64,000 nt of DNA from Octopus sinensis. Taxonomy: Eukaryota. Within the stretch, counting starts at the first letter, position 1, and each line of letters begins with the position of its first letter. The stretch spans positions 19,034,001 to 19,098,000 of the forward strand of contig NC_043013.1 in assembly GCF_006345805.1 (NCBI RefSeq), in the 5' to 3' direction. The translations under genes were made by a program, and so were the position numbers. A model generated the notes under the pieces. It did no database searches. It saw only the letters and a list, made by a program, of their open reading frames with translations, and was not told the DNA's origin. This document shows positions 53,143 through 64,000 of this stretch, piece after piece.

Positions 53143-54849
53143 ATAAATAAATAAATCGACAGAGAAGAAAAAAAAAGCAAACGTTGCTGTTGATAAAACA
53201 TGGCTGAATTTCGACACAACATAAGAAGAGTAACAGACCAGTTTTATTTGAAATCTATTTCCAACACCATCTCTATGTGTTCAGAAAATGTGAAGATATC
53301 TCACATTCTGTCAATAGCTATATCTACAGGCAAAATATATTTTCAATATAACATTTTCAAAGGAAACCACTTGTAAAGACGCCATTTTGTAGTTTTCAGT
53401 GAAAACACAACTTGCTGCGTATTTTTCTTTCAAATTTATTTGATAGTTTCAATGTTGAATTTGTTGTAATTTAGTATTTTTTAAGAAATATTTATGTTAA
53501 GCTTTTTGACTTTACCTGCGCTGTTCTTTTTCTTCTTTTTTTTTTTGCATTTCTAAAACCGTTTGCATATATTTTTTTTTGTTTTTATCTGACTGTTGTT
53601 CATTTTGTCGTATCTGTTTTTTCTGCTATTTTTCTTTGTGTGTGTGCTTGACAGATTAAAATAAAAAAAATATGAATCTCTTATTGCTTTTTATTTGGAG
53701 TTCTTAATTTTTTCAGTTTTGCAAATATTTTGTTGCTTTTCTTTTTCGAGTTTGTTGATGTTATCACTGAAGCTGTTGATAATATTCTTGTAAATTTTAA
53801 TATTGCTACTTTCCTGATTTCATGCATTTCAAATGTCTTCAATTTATTCTTTTAATGAAATCTTCATATAAATTTAATATATTTTAAGCATTTTCAAGTT
53901 TGTTTATTTATAATTCCGATTCTTGAAAAAAAAACAAACAAAAAAAAACAGTGAAACGAAATTGCAAAAGTGAATAAAAATAAAAATAAGAGAAATTTGA
54001 TAGAATGTATTTCAATAGAACTTTTAAAAAAAATTTCTGAACCAACTTATCTACATATATCTGGAGTGCCTTTCTTTTTGCTAGCATAATCATTCTCCGA
54101 TTCTGCATGTTCTTCAAGAATAAGAAGATTGCAAATTAATTGAATTCTAACGACGAAAAGGAGGATTCTTTCGTCTCTCTGAAATGAAACTTCATTTCTT
54201 ATCGTGATCAGTGTTGTGTTCTAATTTTGAGGTCGATAAATAAAATACTAACCAACAACCGACAACGATATTTTCTCCTCTATCTCTTACCCCCCCCCCC
54301 TCTGTATTGTACAGGAATCACGGAGGTCCCGGCTTCGATGGTTGAATATTGCTTCATACTGATTTGGACTGAAAATTACATTAATCCTACATACATCTAC
54401 GAAAAAGGGACCAGCACTAATTATGGGCCAATTCCACAAGTAGGAATTCAGTCTGTCACACAGGGAAAAGTTCATTGTCGTCACCGACAAGAAATCACTT
54501 TGAGAGTAAAAACAAAAAAAAAACAAACAAACAAACAAAACAGCACAAAAAATTTGAGATATTTTATTTATAAAAGATTTTTATTTATTCCTAGATTTTA
54601 ACATTACTTTTCATTTACACTTCTCCTTTTTACAAATCGCATTTAAGGTATCAGAACAAAATAATAGTAATAAATAAAAAAAAATATTACAATACAAGAT
54701 AAAAGCATATCAATCAATTTCAAAATAAATAATAATAAACATGATAATATTTTCTCTTAAAATAAAATATAATCTAAGGAAAAAATAATATATATATAAA
54801 CGTAAATGTATTCAGAGTTTAAAAAGCGTGTGGAACGTTACTCGCACAC

Positions 54850-54866
54850 AGACACACACACACATA

Positions 54867-54936
<70 letters not shown>

Positions 54937-54945
54937 CGTGTATGC

Positions 54946-54994
<49 letters not shown>

Positions 54995-55071
54995 TATAAA
55001 TACATACATACATATATATATATATATGTATGTGTATAAATATATGTGTGGATGTGTGATTATGTGTATAC

Positions 55072-55120
<49 letters not shown>

Positions 55121-55180
55121 ATATATTATATTATATATATATATATTATATATATATATATATATTATATATATATATAA

Positions 55181-55222
<42 letters not shown>

Positions 55223-55237
55223 ATATAATATATATAT

Positions 55238-55268
<31 letters not shown>

Positions 55269-55965
55269 ACACATATATATGCATACAAATATACATACAT
55301 ACTTGCATGCATACATACATACATAATTCGGGTTGTATATTTTTACCAATTCCTTTTCTGTGAGCCGGAGACTGTAACATTTCCAATTTTGAAAAAATAA
55401 CAACTGCATTGGATTAGCCAGTATCAATGAAAATAGGCTCCGAAAATCTTGGCACAAGGCCAGCAATTTTCATGTGTAGAGAAACTCAGTTACTTCGATC
55501 CCAGTGCTTTGTTGGTAATCGATAACAAAAAAAATAAATGGAATGCAAATTCGATCTCGGTGGGATATGAACGCAAAACGAAAAGCCGAAAGAAATTACG
55601 TTAAAAATTTTATCCGACGCATTAACGAATCTGTCACTTTGGGACCTTATTATTGATAATAATTAATAATAATATTAATAATAATAATAACAAATATGTT
55701 TATTATCATCATTAATACTACGATGTTAAGCTTTTCAAAGATAAGATATTTTTGTAGTTTTGATTCAAAACGAAGAAAATACTAAGCTTATTTTTGAAAA
55801 TTTATGTGAGTTTCTTCCTTTTTCTTGATTTAAAAAATCGAGCTTGCGTAGAATATTTTCTTAAACTCAAATGACGAAATGAAAAGGCGGTTGACCCCGA
55901 ATTCTGCGCATATGCATATGTATGTATACATACATACATATATATATATTATATATATATATATA

Positions 55966-56055
<90 letters not shown>

Positions 56056-56249
56056 ATGTGTGTATATATATGTATGTAAGTATGTAGGTAAGCATGTAAA
56101 TATAAAGCTGTCAATACGCTTAATAATATAATGTTAGTGTTCAGAAAATATCGAAAAAAAATATTTTAAAAACAATCATGTTTTTCTTCAGGCACGATAG
56201 AAAATAAATATCTATATAGGGAACTGGGATTTGTCAAACACATGTAGCA

Positions 56250-56324
<75 letters not shown>

Positions 56325-56770
56325 TATATATAAATATATGTATATTTATACATATATATATATATTATATATGTATAAATATATGTATATTTATACATGC
56401 ATATATAGACATAAATATGTGTATATATGCATCTGTATTTCTCCCCCTCTCTGTCTCTCTCTCTGTGTATATATATATATGCATTGTGTATGTATAAATA
56501 TATCTATATTTAGACATATATATTATCTATGTATAAATTTATGTATATTTATACATTATACATATATATATCATATAGTTATAAATTTATGTATATATAT
56601 ATATATATATAGGCATATATATATATATATATAGGCATATATATATATATTAACCTATATATTTTGTATATATATATATATATATATATGCATATATATG
56701 TATGTATATATATGCATGTATATATATATATATGTATATATGTGTGTGTGTGTGTGTGTGTCTGTGTGTA
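54850..56770. repeat. Compound (TA)/(TG) microsatellite region
   Basis: Long degenerate dinucleotide tracts at 54850-55320, 55905-56090 and 56251-56770. Confidence 0.9.
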
Positions 56771-56986
56771 AAATTACTTTTAACGGGGACTTCAAGTTCA
56801 CCTGGCGGAACATGAAGTTCACTTTAGCCGTTGAATTGCTTGAGACACCGGCTAGCTTGCACTTGCCACCCTAATCAAAATTTCAGTTTACTTTAAGTAA
56901 TGAATCCTACTCCCAGTGGTAGTGGTAAATATACTGTTGTTATTCTTAACATTCCTTCAAAATCACAACAAAATAACAACTGTGTG

Positions 56987-57032
<46 letters not shown>

Positions 57033-58408
57033 GTTTGTGTGTATGCATATGTATGTGCGTGTGCGTGAGTTCGTGTGACGTGAACAGTGAAGTTCGATTT
57101 CCAAGATATGATATGAATGAGATATGGTGTCCAAGCGTAGTGGATTCGATGTCTATGATCACATATGCTTCTCAAGGCTGACTTTCATTATTCAAGGGAG
57201 GGGTACGTCTACTCATGATTTTGCCTTTTAGTACAAAATATTGGTTGATTTTGTTTGTTTGTCGTGTTCGTCGCAAATGGCATTTTAAAACCTTTCACGT
57301 AACTATTCTCATGAACACATGGTATCAGAGCTAAAAAAAAAAAGGTGAGAATTTCAACTTCTGGCAAAATCTGCAAGTCACTCTGACATCAAAATTAATC
57401 ACAGATTTCGTTGTCTTGTCGTTGTCTAAGTCATTAGTGTGTGCGTGTGTGTGAGTGTGTGTGAGTGTGTGTGTTTGCGTTTATGTTTGTGTGTATGAAA
57501 ATACATAATGTATATGTGAATATATCTGTATGCATATTCATACAAACTTACGGAGATTTCTTCCGATTCTACAAAGGGTAGTTAGACGCTGGCCGTCAGC
57601 CCATGTGTCAAAAGTTGTTCGTATAGTATGTCCCTCGATTGCAGGTATCGGGAATTCAATGTCTAGTCCGTTTCTATTTGATTTAATGAAAATATCACAT
57701 GATGTAGACGGTGCACCAAAGTGCAATTGCAAACTTCACCAACTTTTGAAGTCATGAAATATTTACGTCAAGTAGAAATTGAAAATATTTTCATCAGTTA
57801 TCTTTTTCGCCAACGAAATTACCATTCGTAATGTAAATCTAAGATAGAAGGCTTGATATTTTAACAGTTTCTGATTTTTAGATTTGATGGTATTTTCAAT
57901 CTTCGAAGGACTTGACAAAAACGCTCAATTACTGACTTGGTTGGTATTAAGATCTTACAAATCTTCACTTCAAGTTTCTCATCTGTTACAAAAGAATGAA
58001 AGAGAAGATGAAAGAAAATAGTATGCCTTCCGGATGAGAAAACTTCAGATACACAGATACACGCACTCACGCGCGCAGAACGAATGTATACACACACACA
58101 CACACACACATAAACAGTAACACTTCACTTTACGAGGACCCGCTTTACGAGACATCAGGTTTACGAGTTTTCATTGTTCAAGCACAAGATCCAAATTTTG
58201 AACCAAATGCAAAATTTTCTACTACCATAACAAATGCCTTTCCCCAGAAATTTATAGAGCAAAAAAAGGCTTCTTCTAAGCAAGCAACTCAAGATTTATT
58301 TTTGGAAAACGTCTACAAGTCTGTGTACGAGTGCTTGTGAATTGGCGATCGCGTCTACTTGTGATCGTGCGCGCGAGTCTAGTGCGAGTGAAAGTGATTC
58401 AGAAAATG

Positions 58409-58443
<35 letters not shown>

Positions 58444-58468
58444 TATTATTATTATTATTATTATTATA

Positions 58469-58501
<33 letters not shown>

Positions 58502-61500
58502 TTATATATATAATTAATAATTAATAAATATCAGGGTAAGAAAAGAATTTAGAAATGTTTGGCCTAGTATGTAGAAAACTAGTCAATAGACTATATATTA
58601 TTCATATAAATACAGTGTACATTTAAACACGTAAGAGGTGACCATCATAGGACACCTAGCACGCTAAAAGGAATAGCCAAAATCCAAACCACTATTAGGG
58701 ATAAATTTCGAAGGAAATGAAAAATAAAAACATTTACCATCTATCTCGTGGACCATGGTTTCTAGCTCTATATTAGCAAATAAAAGAATTTTTATTTGGT
58801 AATAAATAAATATGGACATTTTCACTACCACTGTGATCTTCAGGTTAAACGTTCCTATCCTCTACTTTTGCCGCTCACTCTTTGTTCAACTTTCACACCC
58901 AGTGAGTTTTGAATATCTTCAACAGTGTTTACTATGCTGTAAATATGAAAGCCCTGTCTCTTGCCTAAGGATAATCTACAGGTTATAGTTCTTTCTTCCG
59001 TGGCCCACTTCCATTTGTGTCAGTGTTTCAGTGGAAAGGTATCATAGGCACTACCGCTCTCCACCTCTATCTACTCTTTAAAACAGTACTACTAGATATT
59101 TTATTTTGTGTTCCATTACTTCCGCAAACCAACAACCGAATCTCTGGAAAGTTACATAACATTGGTTTAAAATTTTGACACAAGTATAGCAGACACAAGG
59201 AAGGGGCTGAGTCAGTTACATCAACCTCAGGTCTCGATTGGTACTTATTTTATCGATCCCGACGGGATTTGAGTTCAAACGCAAAGACGGATGAACTGCT
59301 GCCTAGCGTCCTACTCGGAGTGCTAACGAATCTGCTTGCTCGCCACCTTCGAAAGTTACATAATATTAAAATGTTATATTTACCAATTTTTTTCTGCGCC
59401 TGTGTGTTATTCTTTAGATGATCCATTTGGTTTTTGGTAAATCATGATAACTATCAGTTGTTATAGCATTGTTCTTCATGATTATTGCAATTTCTGTTAC
59501 TTATTCCTGTCCATTATATTGTGATCAGGTATTCAAAGGAAGTAACAAAGGTGATATGAGATAGCAAATGTCAAATCTGAGTAATTTTTTTTCTCTTTTT
59601 CATAATTTTTAAAGTGTTTACCATCTTTAACATTACATGACGGACCACTCGATGGCAGTTTCGTAGTAAAAGTACAGATATACAGAAAATGAAGTTGTTT
59701 TTTTTTTGTCTAGTCACTTTAGTTGTTACAGTAAAGAACTGGCCGACCTCAGAACGTTATAATATTCGTTACATATATAAACTCTTATTATATACATAAA
59801 CTCAAATAAATAACAGTTCTTAATATAGACAATACTTTCAGTACCGACAAAGAATACGTGCCGTTATATTGTAAACAGTTAGAGCGTTACAGGCATGATG
59901 ATTTGAATTTACAATTGTAGACGATTTTCCTCTTATAATCTAAACAAATGTGGACGAAGAACGAAAACATTATTCACAGCGGGACATTTGAGCTTCCAAT
60001 CAGAAGTTCAAATGTTTAGTGCACCATTATTTTGTGGTAATTCTCGGTTGTTTGGCTTCTATGGCGATGTGAACTCAGCATCGTTAATTTGAGAAGCAAT
60101 TGTCAATACTGTAGAGTGTTTGATCCAGCTCGAAACAATGTACGATTCCATTTGCTGCTACTTACATTTAGTTAGGGGTATTTAGCCGGTGAATGTTTGG
60201 TGCCTCGATTATAGGCACAGTATAGTGCCCATGACCAGAGGGGAAACCACTGATCTCCAGGATGCTTGTCCAATAACCATCCAGTCATTCATCGCTTTCC
60301 TATTGGAGGCCAGCAGAATGATGTTTCAGTATCTGTACCGGATCTTTGTTCCATATTCATTGGAGATTCTGTTGGGTGAATCAGCAGTTTGGGTTTCTAA
60401 TTGTAGGAGACAGTTTAGTCTTTAACTCCATATCAAGGTATATGTAGTCTGGTTACCAGGACGGAAACATTTTTTCTCTCCAACTCGATCTGTATTGATT
60501 GGTTGGAGTAATCAATAGTTCTTATTTCTCCTTTACGTACCATATTCTTTAGAATAAAACTCTGTTTTTATTCTATGAAGTTTCATTTCAACTATCTGGA
60601 AATCTGTAAAGAACTGAGATACGGTTCTTGTTTTACTCTTTAATGCGGGAAAATAATTCCAAAGTAAACAAAGATTTCAAAATCTGTCACAGACATGACA
60701 GTGCAAATAAATGACAACAATGATAGTCATTTCTATTATAGGTGCAAGACCTGCTTTTTTTTGTGAGGGGCTGGTCGATAACGTCGACCCGACTGCGCGA
60801 CTGGTACTTATTTCATCAGCCTTAAGAGGATGAAAGGCAAAGTCGATCTCGGAGGAATTTGAACTCAGAACATAAGGACAGGCGAAATGCCAGTAAACAG
60901 TTTGTGCAATGTGGTAATGATTTTACCAGCTCACCGTCTAAATGGCAGTCAATACATCGATAACTGCTGTTTAATACGGAATGTTCCAAACTAGACTTCG
61001 GGAAATTTCTTTAAGCTGTCATTTTCCTGTCTGTTTCTTCAACCGAGCGTCGACTTCATTGTAGAATTTGTTTAAAAGAATGGATATAAGAAATTTCTTC
61101 AAAGTGTTTCTTTTTCTATTTTTCATATTTTCTTTTCTTATCCTCAGTCTTTTTCATTTATTTTCAATAAGTAACCCCTTACTCGGTTCTCATGATGACC
61201 CGGAAGCAACGTGGGGCTCTATTCCTGGACTGCAAATAACATCGAGCCCGAACGTTGAATCGGAAGCAACTACCAGCTTTTCCTGGACTCGAAGTAACGA
61301 GCAATTGCAGACTGGAAGGAACGACGAGTTCCAGTGTTGGGCCGGATGCGACTTCAAGCTATCCCTCGACCGGAAGCAACGAGCAGCTCCGTCAGGATCA
61401 GCTCCGTCTTTGGAAGACATGAAAAGCTTTTGCAATTTTCTCTTGAGACGAGGGTTTTTTTTGGCATTTGAACCAATTATCAATAACCCAATCGTGGAAC

Positions 61501-62398
61501 TCAAAGCGAAGTGGCAAATGGCTTTTGATGGAGTATACATGAAAGCAGTAAATTTTCTTTTACCAAATACATGAAATTCAGAAAGTATAGTCCCAAGAAA
61601 TGTTCGGTGTTTGGTCTGGTTCATGATTTGCTCGTTCTGAAAAAGAAAGGAAAATAAAATATTAGATGTTCAATGAGAATGCATCTTTTATCTTTGATCT
61701 TTTACTTGTTTCAGTCATTTGACTGTGGCCATACTGGGGCACCGCTCCGCCTTGAATGGTGCTTAGTCAAAGACATCGGGCCAGGAGATTTTTCATAGGC
61801 CTAGACCTTATTCTATCGATCTCTTTTGAACGAAACAACGAAGAGAACACACACACACGCACATATATACACATGTAGGCATGAGTGTATAGACACATGC
61901 ACACAAACGCAGACACTTGCACGCATGCACACATACACGTTCATATACATATACATGACTGCTTACTACATCCACATTAATTCTGTACCTCCCGTAAGGT
62001 GCGTGTTTATGAAACAGTAAACGAAACCGCGTGGTCGCATTGTACCATAGAATTGCGAAAAGAATAATAAAATGAAGACGAAAAAAGCCCCGAAAAATAC
62101 ACATCAATATAAAAGGAAGAAGAATGGTCAGAATGTCTTACTTGATTTGCGTGGAATAAAAATATAATCGCCTTCATCAGAGAATATTTCTTGGCTGACA
62201 CGTCTGATGCTGTCGTTATTGATTTTCTGCCAGTTCCGTTTGTACTTCAGAGGTAGGTGTTTATTGCTATAGTTACTGGAACAGGTACTCTTGGAGATGG
62301 AGGTATCATTACTTGCGACCGAAACTGCACAGCTCCTATTGTTAAAGAAATAGATCAAATGTTGCAATAATGTGTGCGCGTGCTTGTGTCAGTGTGTG

Positions 62399-62463
<65 letters not shown>

Positions 62464-62621
62464 TTGTATGTTTGTTTGTGTGAGTGTGTGTAAATGTTTA
62501 ATTAATGATATTTAAAACGTACAATGCAACACTTATTGATAGGGTGACTCAATCTTCAAAGTCAAATGTATTGCAAAGATCCGATGAAGAAATCCTTCAC
62601 GACACACACACACACACACAT

Positions 62622-62667
<46 letters not shown>

Positions 62668-62739
62668 ACACACAAACAAACACACACAAACACATGCATG
62701 CGCGCATTAGCGCAAGGACAGTAATTTCGTGGAGACGCG

Positions 62740-63102
62740 GCCTAAGTCAATTAAATCGACGCCAATGCTAAACTGGTACTTATTTTATCGATACCGAAAA
62801 GATGAAAGGCAAAGTCGGTCCAGGCCGCATTTGAGTCCAGAGCGCAAAGACGGACGAAATGCCGCTAAGTATTTTTCCCGGCGTGCTAACGATTCTGCCA
62901 GCTTGTCACTTTTATAATACTACTAATAACAATAATCTTTTCTACGATAGGCACAGGGTTTGAAATTGGAGTTAGCGGGTGGGGGTGGGGGTAATCCGAT
63001 CACACCGACACCAGTGCTGAGCTGGTACTTATTTTATCGACTTTCAAGTCGATGAAAGGCAAAGTGGTCCTCTGCGAAATTCGAACTCACAGCTCGCCGC
63101 CT
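62740..63102 (-). mobile_element. Diverged SINE B copies
   Basis: The GATGAAAGGCAAAGT core occurs twice. Similar copies lie at 25500, 48400, 55440, 59165 and 60730. Confidence 0.75.
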
Positions 63103-63390
63103 TTGTAATAATAATAGTTTGCGATATTCAAAGTTTTATAGTGCATACATGCGTTTCACCATAATGCCGAAATAATTAGATAACATTAGTAGAAACATCA
63201 TGCAATCATGCATTTCACGTCATCAATCTACTCTCGTGGGAAAACAAAATTCCGCGGGCCAGTGAGCAATGATGCCGTCGAGAGGTAGGCCCCGAAACGG
63301 CGCGCATTTTCTCCTGATAACCTTATATACTTGCTGGCTTCAGCATGTGGAGCTTTTCACTGGCAGCACTTGCATGTACCAATTGTTTGC

Positions 63391-63444
<54 letters not shown>

Positions 63445-64000
63445 CACATACATATAAACATACACACACACACACGCACGCACACACACTCACACACTGA
63501 TATATATTGATGTTTGGTTTTAAGTTAATCTTAAACTGAAGGATTACTGAATACATTTTAGTAGAGTAATTGTTTATTGAAGTTCTACGAGGAACAAGTT
63601 GAAAGTGACTTCAAAATTTCGGTCTACGCAACTTCATAGGACAGTCTAATGGAGGCCGAGCAAGACGAAAATTCGAAATTACTGCCAAACTTTTTCCTTG
63701 TAAAAGTTAATAAATGTACGCTCGCGCGTGCACACGCGCATCCAAAGCACACACACACACAAAACACATACACATGCATACACATACACGCAACACAGCA
63801 CACACATACACACACACAACACAACACACACACACACACACACAGATACACACACACACATACACAACCCCATACACATGCACTATAAAGATTACGATGG
63901 GCTCACCCAATGTTCTAGTGGTTTGTACAATTATAAATAAATTAAATCCATTAATGAAATTTATTTGATACATGAAACAATTACAAATGGTCTATTTATT

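Noticed and set aside
61068-61574. 168-aa plus-strand ORF with hydrophobic N-terminus
   Set aside because: It starts at a non-ATG codon in a T-rich tract, no domain was recognised, and the splice signals favour the minus strand.
63274-63301. GCCGTC...GAAACGGC type III hammerhead-like stem
   Set aside because: The enclosed 14 nt are too short for helices I and II plus the core.

Overview
This is AT-rich, microsatellite-dense animal DNA. The SINE families and (TA)/(CA) tracts suggest an octopus or other coleoid cephalopod genome, which is an inference. No intact host protein-coding gene can be supported. Most of the window is transposon debris: tRNA-derived SINEs of three or more families, mariner/Tc1 remnants, R4/Dong-like, Tx1-like and CR1-like LINE fragments, and a Helitron-like STPR-repeat fragment. 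One nearly intact Penelope-like element (PLE; RT plus C-terminal GIY-YIG) lies at 2230-6866 inside a (TA)n tract. The main hidden signal is about 12 type-I hammerhead ribozyme (HHR) motifs, intact or decayed, from several unrelated families. Most have a short palindromic helix III, implying dimer cleavage. In seven copies the predicted cleavage site is about 97-110 nt from a microsatellite junction. Two small fold-back elements carry a compensatory U3-A8 core (UUGANAA), and one family carries a CUGUAGA core. All structures were folded by eye and none was tested computationally.
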